64,000 nt of DNA. Origin: Antedon mediterranea (lineage: Eukaryota > Animalia > Echinodermata). The notes beneath the pieces were generated by a model. The model did not search any database. It had not been told where the DNA came from and worked only from the letters and a program-made list of their open reading frames with translations. The position numbers and the translations under genes were made by a program. The stretch is taken from the NCBI RefSeq assembly GCF_964355755.1, contig NC_092672.1, positions 28,526,437 through 28,590,436 on the forward strand, read 5' to 3'. Shown here piece by piece: positions 49,993 through 63,331 of this stretch. Numbering within the stretch: position 1 is the stretch's first letter; every line of letters starts with the position of its first letter.

Positions 49993-52228
49993 ATGCCACG
50001 GTCAAATATTTTAGCAAATATTTCACGAACTAAGTATTTGGATCCGTCTGATCTTCAGACAGAATTCAAGAGATGTCTAACAACATCAGATCTGGTCATG
50101 GTAGGCATCGGCAATATGGTTGGATCTGGAATTTACGTTTTAACTGGAGAGGTAGTCAAACACGTTGCTGGACCATCAGTAATAGTATCATACATAATTG
50201 CTGGATTGGTGTCTTTGATGGCAGCCATTTGCTATTCTGAGTTTGGTGCACGAGTCCCAAAGACTGGTTCTGCTTTTATGTACGCCTACGTCACTCTTGG
50301 AGAGCTATGGGCCTTTTTAATTGGTTGGAATCTCATTCTGGAGTACATTGTAGGAGCAGCCGCCGTGGCATCTGCATGGAGCGGTAGCTTTGATCAACTA
50401 CTTGGAAACCAGATAGAAAATATTACGATAGAATATGTGCTGAACGGTGAAGCATGGGAATCTCCCTTATTGGGAAAATATCCAGATTTTGTTGCTTTCG
50501 TTATAGTGTGTATACTAGCAGTAGTTGTATGTCTTGGTGCTTCATGTTCCTCCAACGCCATGAACATTTTCGTTTTTCTTAATGTAACGATAGTCATTAC
50601 AATGTTTATAATATCTCTGACCAAAGCGGATATTTCAAATTTTAGCAGCGGAAATGGATTTTTCACGTTTGGTTTCCAGGGTGTTATGGCCGGAGCCGCG
50701 ATCTGTTTCTATGCGTTCGTTGGCTTTGACGTTATAGCATTGGCAGCAGAAGAAGCTTTGACCCCAAACAAGAGCATGCCAATTGCTTCTTTATTTTCTG
50801 TCGTGTTTGTAATTTGTTTGTACGTTTTAGCTTCAATAACCTTAATCTTACTGGTTCCGTACAACGAAGTTGTGCCCAAAGCAGCCTATCCAGCAGCGTT
50901 TAAAAGCGTTGGTTACCAATGGGCTGAATATGTCGTTGGTGTTGGTACATTAATTGGAATGGGCTCCACGGAACTTGGCTTTCTTTTTGCCATACCACGA
51001 TCTGTTTACGCCATGGCCATTGAAGGTCTACTTTTTCCATGTTTTGCAGTAGTAAGCAAACGTACACAAATACCAATTATAGCAACTCTCGTGTTCGGTG
51101 CAATGTCTGCTATACTTGCACTCTTGTTTGACATTTCGGCTCTTGTTGAATTCTTATCAATTGGAACATTGATGGCATATGCTATGGTGGCAGCGGCTGT
51201 AATCGTTGTAAGATATGAACCATCACATCAACAAGATACAGACGATGTATTGTCAGATAATGACACTAATGATAGTTCTTTATACACAGGATCGTTTGTT
51301 CCAACCGAACAAAAGAACTACGGAACTCTCAAAGAACCATTTCAGAAGATTCCAGTAATCAGTAACCTTCCACCAGGAAGAGCTGTTTGCATCTGTTACT
51401 TTCTCTCGGTTGTATTTCAATTTCTAACAGTTTTGCTTTTCATTTCAAATGATATGTCAAATTGGTGGGTGATGTTGCTGGCCATATTATTTGCAGTGTT
51501 AGCCATTCTGACATTTATTCCAATACCACTCCACAACCAAAATGAAGATATTACAACGTTTAAGGTAGTGTATGGTTCAGTTTTACTGAAAAATTATATT
51601 ACCTCAATGCCTTTTTAGAAGACTATTATTTGTAAATAAGATTGCCAATAAGAGTGATAATGACAGATTTAATTTGAATGTTTTTTTTCTATTCCAGACG
51701 CCATTTGTACCGTACTTCCCAGCACTGAGTGTGCTCTTCGACATTTTGTTGTTAGTGAAATTACAAGCATTAACCTGGCTTCGGTTTATCGTCTGGGTAA
51801 CTATAGGTAAAGCCACTCAAAACAAATTGAAGCCGGCTCTAAACTTTATAATGTAAAAAAAAAAATACTATACATCTCAGATTAGTTCAGCATTTCATTT
51901 CAGCATTTTTAGGCCATGGGACCCCTATTTACAAACTCATAGAATCACGGCTGCCAATACTGCACTTTTCAAGCATTCATATATAAAAAATGACCAGTTA
52001 AGTCACTTCATAAAATCAGATTATAGGCCTAAATAGAAATAATATTTACACTTTATTCTTAAAGGCTTACTGATATATGGATTGTATGGCTATCATCACA
52101 GTGTAGAAGGAAAGAAAAGAACTTCGGGCGGTGAAACAAAAGATTATCAAAGAATGACAAACGACCCAAGCTCAATTCACTACGGGACAATTGAGATGAG
52201 TATACCATCAACAAGTAAAGTAGATTAG
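49993..52228 (+). CDS. SLC7A4: Cationic amino acid transporter, SLC7/APC family (SLC7A4/CAT-4-like), ~614 aa
   Basis: Exons 49993-51564, 51698-51806, 52065-52228. Motifs: GIGNMVGSGIYVLTG, AGPSVIVS, CYSEFGARVPKTGSAFMYAY, FYAFVGFD, PRSVYAMA, FKTPFVPYFPALS, TWLRFIVW, YGYHHS. An acceptor at 49940-41 implies an upstream UTR exon. The paralog assignment is tentative. Confidence 0.9.
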
Positions 52229-52277
52229 AGAAAAAACTGCCATGAACAGAATGTGCATTAGACAAAAGAAGACAGCA

Positions 52278-52515
52278 CTACATGGACGAGTACATAAATT
52301 ACGTCATACGGAGTAAATATAATAGACACGCACTTACTTTTAATTATTAAAAAACAACAAGATTAGTTGTGAATCGGAAAATATACTTGGAGAAAAACCT
52401 GCATTGAACGTGTTAGAAGTACATAAAACAAGAGAAAAGGTAAAATTACGTATAGACGAGTACAGAAATGACGTCATATGAAGTAAAATAGAGACACGCA
52501 CTTCTCTTTATTATT
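52278..52515 (+). repeat. Direct duplication (~65 bp, ~170-bp spacing) in the SLC7 3' UTR
   Basis: GACGAGTACA.AAAT.ACGTCATA.G.AGTAAA..ATAGACACGCACTT occurs at ~52285 and ~52455. Confidence 0.6.
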
Positions 52516-53524
52516 TATCGGAAAAAAGGCATACTCTCAGCTAAACAATTAATACTATACACTACAAATAACAGTTTTATAGTTTATTTGTTTAAAAACA
52601 CTAATAGGAAAGTATTAGATTCAATAATAGATGTATTAATATATATTAATTCAGATTTAGTATGTTATTCATATTAATTAATAAAACTTGATTTCCATAA
52701 TTTGGTTTGTTGTTTTAGCTACGTATTATTATTATTATTTTTATCCACAATCATTTATATTTACAGTAGACCTAAAATACTATGACGTGGCTAATTAACA
52801 TGCATGTTGTCACGGGTTGGGCACACTTAAATGTGCAAAGTGACGGCGAACTGAGTTATCAGTTGTTCTCGAGCACAGCTTTTACGGCATGGTCAGGATT
52901 ACCTTACGTAGCGTGGGTGCATTATATCTATCGTTGAACTACTGATAACATAATTGCCCTTATTTAAATGTGTGATGTTCATTGATAATGTTATTATCAA
53001 TGTGTAGCGTAATTTGCATAATCTAGGTGTGGCTTCAATGGTATGACAAGTGTATCATCATGCAAGAATAAGATTGCTCTATTGGCCACGTGGGTGTTGC
53101 TATGTCAATGTCAACCTATGTAATTATTCTGTTTTGGCATGAATTTAATAGAATAAAAGATCGTTTTTGTTGCAATCTCTTACATAGCCCTATGTTAGTT
53201 TACCACGATTATTATATTATTGTTTTCTAGGAGGCGCCCGAGTCCGGGATGACCGAGACACAACTGGTGTTAGCCAGGACTTAATCTAGAACTATAAAAA
53301 TAAACCTGGCTAGCGACTAGGGCGTATCCCCATAATTCGGTTTGGGTTTAGCTTTGCAATATTTATTAGCTATTTTATCATATAATTCATGTAAATAATG
53401 AAAGCAATATTATGTTCAAAATTTCTTTATCAATGTAAAACTATACAATTTTATCAAAGTATTCAAACAAAGTACAATCTTATAATGCAATATATCATTT
53501 TATCATTATTATACCGAATCTCAA

Positions 53525-54250
53525 TTTTTACTCGGGGTACCCGAGTCAAGGACTCGCTCAACTTCTCCTCTTCCTCTTCTTCTTTTTTTCTTCCATCTGG
53601 ACACTATTCAGCAAACCTTCGAGTCCTACTAGTTCTTTACGCGTCGTCTGCTGACGGCTTTGAAACATGGCATGCATACACTAGGGTAATAGGTGAACAA
53701 AGCTATAGAGAGAAAATTGACGTACTTCAACCGGATGCAGAATTATGATGTCATAAAGATGGTAACAATCGAAAAAGTCCGATTTATAAAGTACTACTCC
53801 TCCCTTATTCGTTGTAGTATTGAACTGGGATTTGGCATGGGTATACTACAGGGACATTTCCTCAAAGCTATTGAGCCGGATTTTTAAAATTCAAACCGGA
53901 TGCAGTCATATGACGTCTCGAAGATGGTACCTTGGTTCCAAACGATTTTCGTCGTAATATAGCCGTGTTTGTTATCATTTCAAAGGTCTTGACTTGGAAA
54001 ATAAGAATATATACAGTAAAACTTATTTATGATATTGTGCCGTCATTTCTGTTCCCTGAAACAGACAAAAATCACTTTGAGATTTCATAATTTACCATAA
54101 TTATGACATTTCCGGTTATGACGTAACTTTTCGGAATATAGCCGTATTTGGTAGCGAGGTTATTGATGTGTATGTGACGTTACATCCCGTCTTAATGACG
54201 TCATTACAGCTTCTTTTGCTGTACCCCGAGTATCGCACATTCGTGTTTGT
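53525..54250 (+). mobile_element. Helentron/HINE-like non-autonomous element
   Basis: T-run, then subterminal IR ACTCGGGGTAC ... GTACCCCGAGT followed by a short 3' palindromic segment and T-rich flank; no TSD. An internally deleted reverse copy lies at 58160-58322. Confidence 0.55.
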
Positions 54251-56794
54251 TAATACTGAATATCAATCTTTATATCGTTTTAGCTCTGTAACATAATTTT
54301 TCTCTTTATACATATTTGTTTTATCATATTTAGATTTCAACACAATATCAAAATATTGTCTATAATCTTTAACCTCAGTCTGTGTAATATCACTTAAATA
54401 CCGTATTCATTGTTGTTTATTATTGCAATAAAAGTGGGTTTCCCCCACAAAAGAGAAAAAAAAATACATAGCCCTATGTCGGAGGTCTATCGGGAATTTT
54501 GATACTCAAAATGTGCGGCTGTTGAAAATCGGAGTACTTGGAGTAGTACTTATCTATATATAAATTTACGTAAGGGCAAAATTCGGTAAATCGCGCCTTA
54601 CTTCTAGAATTTTTACTCGATGGTATATAAAGTTGGTTCGTACTTTCGGTACTGATTTTAACCACCTGATGTAACCCTGTTTACTAATTAAATTGAGTTA
54701 GATATTTGGTTATTGACGATTAAAACGAATTTAGGTTCAACGATTTGCCCCAAATAGGGGTGTTTTCCGATCGTGGTATACACTGTCTAATGGATGTCCA
54801 ACTTGAAAAATACCCGCACACAATAATACGAGGACGCTTCGCATTTTCCTATCTCCTCCTACGATAATTGTTTTTAATAGCTGAAAACCGGTTGAACTGC
54901 TCGAGTACAGCATCATAATGTTGAAGACAGGCCGATTTTCTTTAAAAAATACTATTTATGAGCCCTTGGAGAATAAACTTGCAATACTTTGACAATACAG
55001 TACTGCAAATACCTATTAACCATTTTTGGTCGTCATTTGAATCGAACATTTCTTACTGTGAATAGATGTAAAAAAAATATATACAAACATTTCTTACTGT
55101 GAATACTGTTAGATGTAAACAAGAAATATTTCTTACAAAAAACGCTGCTCGCTTATTGAAAAATATTTTTTATTTCAAATGTTTTTGAATGTGTCATTTT
55201 ATTGTCACATAATAGATAGTTATTTTACCTGAAAAAATGTAATTTAAAGCAACAAATACTTAAATTGCCAGACAATGGTTTTTGGGTTTCTTTTCATTTT
55301 TTATATGTGAATAAATATTACTTTTTTGTTACAGAAGTGAATACTCAATTTCTGTCACTTTAGTTAATTTTATTGCTAAGGTCAAATCTGGGGGTCACTT
55401 CATCACCCTAGATATTTCAATTGTGAAGTATCCTATTACAAACACAAATTTTAATGGACTGTTTCGATAATAATTCAATGAATATCTGACACTGACAGTG
55501 AATATAGGGATTTGTAATTTTAGGATGACATGTCCTAATAGACTCTTTCCCAGCCGTTTTTTGGGTCTACTGTAGCAGCTGGAATCAATAAATCATAGTG
55601 GAGTTTCCATTTTCACAAAACTGTCTGTCCTTAGAACTATAACTGCTGCTTGCTTTAGCTTCTGATTGAGTAGTCCTAATGGGACGTAGCGGGCTAGAGC
55701 AGCAGCGTGAAAAATATATACAAATAAACTTTATTACTGTGATTATGGATAGGCTCTACTGTTAGATATATAAACACGTAATATACAAATAAACTTTATT
55801 ACTGACAGTTGCTTCTCAATGTTTGCATTAATTAATAATTACAAAAAATATAAACGTCGTAGTGGTGTATCGTTACATGTACTTTACTATTTCAATCGAC
55901 TATGACAGTGACAGTTTTAACAAAGTATTAAATCGCAAATGTTTTACTATATTTAGTCACCGTTAGTGGTATATTATTTATAGGCCTATAAAAAATGAAA
56001 ACAATATTTCGTTACTGACGTGGATAAAGAATATATTTAAAAAATGTTCCTCTTTGTACCTATCCTCTTTCCCATCCCTCAACCCTAATTGGGTTTCTTT
56101 AAATGAATAAACAATTTGGACTCATTTTGTGGTAAGTTTCTCTTTCGGAAGTAATTCCCAGGGTGCTAATTTTGGTTGACTACATAAATCATTGTGTCTA
56201 CTTATTCGTTTCTGTAAACGACAATGTATTATAGTCCTGCGGTACGTGCATTTGAAGTCGCCAGATTTTTTACCCTGAAATTACTGTGTATTCGAGAACC
56301 ATCTGTGGGCACGACCTAGATGGTACGCGAGCGAAGCGAGCGTACCATCTACTAACCTATAATTCAGTCTACCTATTATCGTTAAAAAAGAATAATTGCC
56401 CTCAAATCGACTTGGAATCAATCTGCTCACTATAGCCAACTTGCTATAACTATACTGTAATTATAAACCACTAGAAGGTTTCGCTGGCTCCCCCTCTAGG
56501 AAGTGTAGACGAATGATAATGACTCGGGTAAAAAGGTTTTAGAAGGACGTTCTCCTTGTACGTTTTCTGTCGGTTACCATTATTGAAAATGCTTGACATT
56601 CGTAAAACTAAACCTACTCTGTTTCACAGTGTCTTGATGATTAATAACATGTTAAAGTATGTGTGTTTATTGTTTGGTAGGGCTCTTACAGGGGGCGGAT
56701 GTGAGGAGGCGGAGTTCATTTGAGGGAGGTGCTTATTCGAGGGATAATGTTTAATTTTTTAGGTTTAATAATATGGTAACATTTATAATCAAAT

Positions 56795-57612
56795 GAAATC
56801 CTCCTTAGTTACGCGGATGATATGGTACTTATTGCACCATCTGCCTCCGCATTACAACATCTAATTCATATGTGTGAAAAATACTCATTAACGCATGATA
56901 TATTGTATAACAAGAAAAAATCTGTATGTATGTTATTCTGTCCTACAGTCAGGAAATTGACAAAGCTTCCCACTTTAAACTTATTTGAGTCGGAACCTGA
57001 CTTTGTTAGAGTTTTTAATTACTTGGGTCACACGTTGACACCCGATTTGAAAGATGATACGGATATCAAACGACAGTACAGGTCTTTGTGCATTAGATCT
57101 AATACACTATGTAGAACTTTCTCAAAATGCTCTAAAAACATAAAGTGTTTTTTGTTTAAAACATATTGTAGTAACTTATACTGTGCTTCTTTGTGGGCAA
57201 ATTTTAATGTAAAATCTATGGAAGCACTAAAGGTGTGCTTCAACAATGCCTTACGCCTGCTCCTTAATAAACCTAGGTCATGCAGTGCCAGCACCATGTT
57301 TGTAGAAAACCACATCTGCTCGTTCTACGAACTACAACGTAAGGTGGTGTTTGGCATGTTGTGCAGGTTAGGGAGGTCAGACAATATTGTCATAAAATGT
57401 ATTCATGAATTTGCTTTTCCTTCATCCAATCTACATAGTAGATGGATGAATCTATTGTTCTAACCGTGACTATGTAGCATAGGTTTTTTAAATATATATC
57501 TACATATATATTTATATGTATTTGTTATATTTGCAATAATGTACACTAATTTGTTACTGAACTATGGAGAATTTTTTTTTTCCGAAATAAAAGATGAATG
57601 AATGAATGAATA
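56795..57612 (+). mobile_element. 5'-truncated non-LTR retrotransposon (RT YADD through C-terminus)
   Basis: In-frame LSYADDMVLIAPS just upstream of ORF 56822-57463; FNYLGH; open to the stop; AATAAA followed by a (GAAT)n tail at ~57586-57612. Clade not determined. Confidence 0.85.
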
Positions 57613-58159
57613 GATATGAAAAGTGGTAAAAAAGAATAACAAATGCTTGGTAATTGTATATAACAGTGCGATGAATTCTACTACAAATAGTATAATTGTG
57701 TTATTATAAATGTGGATGGACGTTTATTAGATAGTTGGGTTGGGGGATTATTATTCAAAGTGATGTTTAATTGGAGAGGCGTTTATTCAAATAAATACCA
57801 TCCTAATACTTAATGCATTATTTATTATTAAACATCTTTTGAAACTAACTCCCGCGACAGAGTGGGCCGTTTCGGCCCAAGAAAGAAGACGTTTTAGACG
57901 GCTTGCAACATGGGCAGACATCCCGGTCCTAACGGGACACAGATAGCCTACAGTTATTCCTGCCAGTTTACTCAATAAAACTCGGCTATCAGGATTTCAC
58001 TCGATTTAAAAAAAATGTCTTATCATCCGATCTCCCTATGTAATTTTATAATTCCGATGCTTTATGGCGTATATTTAATTTGATCTTTATTAATTTGCAG
58101 TATAATTTTTATTTTTGAACTACTGTACCTTCACACGCGCGGTCCGTTCCAAAAATAAA

Positions 58160-58322
58160 CAAACAGGCACGAATGTGCGAAACTCGGGGTACAGCAAAAG
58201 AAGCTCTAATGACGTCATAAGACGGGATGTGACGTCACATACACATCAATAACCTCGCTACCAAATAGTTTATGGAAGAGGAGTCCTAGACTCTCGGGTA
58301 CCCCGAGTAAACCCCGAGTAAA
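58160..58322 (-). mobile_element. Internally deleted copy of the 53525-54250 element
   Basis: Reverse complement of 54145-54250 joined to the reverse complement of 53526-53560. Confidence 0.6.
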
Positions 58323-59726
58323 GCTAAAATGGCTATAACGGCCAACTTAGTTGAAACCAGGTTGTTGCAAGGTGAACTCATCGTGCAACCGGGAATTACT
58401 TCGACCCGCGTACAATAAATTGAGTTGAAAATCTGTCGTTGAAATCAGACATTTTGTTATAAAAACCTCTATAATATCTTCCCAAGATAGAAATATGGAA
58501 AAATATCGTAATAGTGAAAACTAATGTTATCAAATTTACATTTCATGGTACATCTGAGATAGATCAGGTAGGTATCCAAGGCAAGGCTACATTAACGGCA
58601 CCAATATCGCATCATTTTACCGGCACCTACAATACCAACATCTACACCGGCTTCGACACCTGCACAAATGTTGGCACCAACACAGACATCAAAGGCAGCT
58701 TCAATTCATACAGGTGTGTAGAATACCGTCTTATATTCTTCTAGTCAAGACCATTGAAAATGGCTGATGACACTAGCTATTATTCCAATGGCGAGTGGGG
58801 TTGTGCTCAGAAGGTTTCATATTTCATTGACAAACAATTTTTCGGGATTTTTTTAGTTAGATAAAAAGTATTGATAAAGTAGGTCTACCATAAATGAGTC
58901 TAATGAATTCGACAATTGCCTATAGAATAACACTCCTCAATGGCGTTGACTGCAGGGATGGTATATCCAATATTAGAGTCAGATCAGAGTTTATATTCTG
59001 CACTTTATTAAATACGCCAAGACTTAAGAAGAAAAGAAAGTTGTTATCGTTTCAATTAGGTAAAAATCTTGTCATTTATTTCAATTAATTTTTCATTGAT
59101 ATCTTAATCATAATCTTACTGTTATTGTATTTCAAGTCCAAAACATTATTATCATGCCTCATCCTCAATGAGGATACAGGGGCTGTTATATTGGAGATAT
59201 TGTATACAATTTCGCAAAGGATCATAATAGTAAAAAAATATTGGTACTATAGCATATCATTTTATACTTGAAATTATATACTTTGTTCAAGAAAAAACAA
59301 CTTCAGGCGTGATATGCTGTGCAACCTATTTAACAAATTTTTCATTAAATTCCTGAAAGTTAAAAGTTTTTTAGGACTACCGTAATATTAATTTCTTTTA
59401 ATGTTCATAGTTGTATCTAAATCTGCTGTAGTTGATCAGTCTGAAGATAATAGATATATAGAATAACATCCAAAAAAGAAGCGATTTATACTCAACCAAT
59501 ATCTGTCCCATTGCCTTCTATGTTTACAACACAAGGCACTTCTTCAAGTAAGTGTTTTTAAATCACATAAATGGAGCTATATGAATTTAAATATGACATT
59601 TTGCGACCAACCAAGCTAGTTTTTAAATTATGCCACCTCTAAATTTCAGGAATTTTATTTTGGTTTCTTCTGTGTTTATTTGTAAATTATTGTTTTGTTA
59701 TTTAATTTATTATATAACTCTTATAG

Positions 59727-62700
59727 CAGCACCCTGTCAGCCTACAGTTCAAACACAAGAGGTTTCGCCGACTCCAACATTGGTACCAATGCAGACTGCA
59801 ACAGGGAGACAATCACAGGCACCAACACGGGAAAAAAGGCTAATATTACCTTCAGAGATACCACAAAAGCTAATATTCAAAACCAGTGGGAATGGAGAGA
59901 GACCAAATAGAAAAGTGGGTTAGTAAGTTTTCTAATCACCATTTCCATAACTATCTCAAATTATATATAAGTGGGTAGGCTATTGTTTTTTGATAAAGCT
60001 ACGGTACTGTATGTAGTTAGGTATAGGTTAGCACTAAGGGGATCCGATGATAAAAGTCAAGAAATCATATTGAGATTTGTTTGCGGATTAAGCCTACATT
60101 ATTTTGTAGGCCTAAATCGGAACTTCAGAAATAGTTTAAATTTTTTTGTTTTCTATTTTGTAATATGTGGTTTGGATTAATAACAAAAGAAAACTAACAG
60201 GTCATTGTCTTCTTACCGGTACATTACATTTCGGTACTTTGATTTTTTCAAATAAATGTCTTTAGATGTTTTAATACTATGTCATAAACAAATAGGAACA
60301 CATCAAACTAACAAGCTATTTATTCATTTATGGAGTAATTATAGTTCTGTACTTTTACAGCTTCCTATTAAATTACACTGATTTAACAATCTATTACAAC
60401 ACAATTTAGAGTTGTATCAATTTTCTGTAACATTAGCATAATGTTGATTTCTTCGATAGTTATAAAATTGTATCTAAACCTACTATTGTAGCTTTGCAGT
60501 CGCATGAGGCTGCAGGAGAAACAGAATTCAAAACAAAAGTTAATTCTTCTCTATCAATATCTACTCAAACTGTTACAGTGCCTTTAATGTTTGGAACAAC
60601 ATTATCAACAACACAAGGACTTATTATTTTGCAAAGTGTTTTGCATAACACCACATCATAGATAATTAGACTCCGAGACGTTTCAATTATGTTTAGAGTG
60701 TCAATTTAATATCAATGGCAGAGTATGAGACTATGTATACCTGGTATAACAATTGATTATTAATTTAAAGATGTTTTATCCCCTAACAAAACAAAAAATG
60801 AAGAATAATATAATCCGACCAAAAACTCATTGTCTGACAGACAATTTAAATATTTTTTGTAAAGGTAAATAATTTTGTTTCGATCCAGTTTTTGGTCAAA
60901 ATGAAAAACTATTATGCGACATTAAAATGGCATATTAAAAAAAAAATTCAAAACAAAATATTGTTTTCAGGGGGACAATATATCTTTAACTTGCTATTTT
61001 TGATACACCACCACAACAAATTATAATAATTATTAACAATAATTTAGTTCGGTCTTCTTTGATCTTGCGAATTTAGAATTTAGTTAAATTTAGAGTATTT
61101 TGTAATTATTAGTCCAAAGACTAACCAATTCCTTTTCTAAATTTTTACTGAACTGTTTTACCTCATTTTTTCATATTAGATATTCTGACAGTGCATCTCG
61201 AGAGCACTAAATGTCCACCATACCCACAGTATGTTGTAGACATCTTTCAAAACATGCTTAATGAGAAAGACGTCTTACATACGAAGGATCCGCCACAACA
61301 AAGTGAATTGATGGGTGATTTTGGCTTTATGGTTAATACAGTCGGACAAAAATTAACTTTTAATTTTTGTGCATTACATTCAAAAGCTGTACACAAATTA
61401 TGGAGCTTGTATACTAGTGGGAGTCTTCTGAAAGGTTTAGTAGAATTATTAGTTCCTAAAGAACATATGTCTGAATTTGTTTCTGAATGGAAATTACGGA
61501 TCGATCAACATCAATACGAACGTGTTTGCAAGAGTATCAAATTAAAAGGTAAGGAACAACTTACATCAGAACAAACTAAATGTTTATTTTAGAATAATAG
61601 TAAAGGTAAATAAAAGTAAAGGTGAATTCACATTCACCGTTGATCATGCTTCCACTGATCATGATTATGCCTCATTATTTTATGTAAACCTAAAATGATC
61701 AAATAACATGATCAGTTTAATCACCTTGACATGATCTAGTGGAGCATGATGGGGAAACACTATTAAGTTAGTTTAATAATGTGATTAGTTAATTTATAAG
61801 ATAGAATCAACCATTCAGCCATTGATTTAGTATTGTGCGCAACTTATTGGCCCATCTTTTACGCATCAAAATACCTCACTACCATAAATAGATCATGTAT
61901 GATTCTATATTTCTTTTTATTATGCTAAAATTATCATGCTAATAGATAATAATAATTAAGCCATAGTATTTTAATGTGTCAATTGAATTGACTATTTTAA
62001 AATCATCCTTAGACTGATCGTATTAAATTGATAGGTATAATTAAAAATAACCAAATGAAAAAGCTTTTAAACACAACAAAGAGTTAATAGATGTGAACAA
62101 ATGGTTTTATTTTATGAGCTTTGTACAATTTTTGTTTACAGAAGAATTGTCAGAGTCTAGAATATCACCACCAGCACAAACAAAAAGTAAGTTTCCTTAT
62201 CACTATAAAATTACATTTACTAGTTTATGATATTATTTTACTCTGGTTTAGCATAAGCATGCCATCATTTACTTATCGGAAACACACGGTATGAATAAAG
62301 TACAAAATATTAACCTACATAATATGTAGTGATAGGCCTATCATGTTTGATACTAAAATAAGTTGATATTATTTACATGTATAATCATTTTTGTATTAAA
62401 GGATATCCTACAATGTATTTTGAAAGATTGTTACACGAAGTTTGTAGTTTCTGGGAAGAGCATGGGAGCATTTATCTCTTGAAGTTATTACTATACGAGT
62501 ATCGAAGCCACACAAGTTTAATCGCAATACAGAAGGCAGAAGATCCACATACTCTTTTCAATCTACTAGCTGGCTCAGGGATTCTCAACAAATCTGACGT
62601 GACTGTTGTTATAGAGGCTGTATACGTGAGTCGTTTAACTGGTTTAAACCAAGTTATCAAAGACCGGGTACCGTCATTTGAAGGATTCGAGAACTTTAAG

Positions 62701-62937
62701 GTTTGTCAATTCTCAAGAATTCGACAAAATTTGATTAGATTTGGTTTTGAAATAAGTACATCAACAAAGAAATTTATATGTCGTTCCTTCCAACTTCCCT
62801 TCAAAGAAGACGACCAATGGGGTTTAATATTTCACCTTGAGTTAAAGGGTCTAATACCAAAATTAGCTCAACAACTTAAAAGCAATGTGATGTATGAGTA
62901 TAAAATTCTAACATCGGAGGATAACGTATGTGCATGA
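59727..62937 (+). CDS. Putative death-fold adaptor: S/T/P-rich region + TRADD-N-like domain + tandem death effector domains; 5' structure uncertain, possibly disrupted
   Basis: Well-bounded in-phase exons 61180-61548, 62142-62186 and 62402-62937, plus upstream S/T/P-rich candidate exons (59727-59918/59922, 60460-60635, 59411-59547, ~58600-58713). The last exon shows two DED-like helical patterns (FERLLHEV...LLKLLL...LFNLL..SGIL...DVTVVIE; FSRIRQNLIRFG...WGLIFHLELKGLI). Confidence 0.6.
60769..60985. mobile_element. Family B TTAA MITE, short copy
   Basis: TTAA|AGATGTTTTATCCCC...GGGGACAATATATCT|TTAA. Confidence 0.65.
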
Positions 62938-63199
62938 TGGATGTTTGTCATTGTGATTGTGGTATTGTTATTCCACTGTAAAAACACTTCAATCAATTTA
63001 TTTGTTCAACAAAATTTGTATTTGAAAAACGAGTCCTATGAAAAATTCAAACGAATTAAAATAGTTATCCTTGAATTATAATACTGTACATCGTTTACAA
63101 ATGTTTTTTTCTTTTTTATTTCCAAACCGATTAACCAAATTGTTAAGTTTAAACTTATTCCTCTAAATGTTTAAATCATTATACATGTTAATATACAAA

Positions 63200-63331
63200 T
63201 AATGAATGTTTATGAGTGTAATGGTACAAGTAATGGCATGAGGTAAATGATAAAAGGTTATAATATTGTAACCTTTCATCATTCACCAAATGCCATTATT
63301 TGTACCATTACACGGATATAAAACATTTATT
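63200..63331. repeat. Imperfect ~130-bp palindrome (foldback MITE-like)
   Basis: TAATGAATGTTT...GTGTAATGGTACAA...TAATGGCAT / ATGCCATTA...TTGTACCATTACAC...AAACATTTATTA. Confidence 0.6.

Noticed and set aside
49984-51618. Single-exon 544-aa transporter as in the ORF track
   Set aside because: Starts at TTG and reads into an intron; the ATG is at 49993 and the conserved C-terminus comes from two further exons.
58514-58744. RHIM-like motif (IDQVGIQG) in ORF 58514-58744
   Set aside because: Does not match the (I/V)Q(I/V/L)G core, and this frame does not splice into the downstream domains without a stop.
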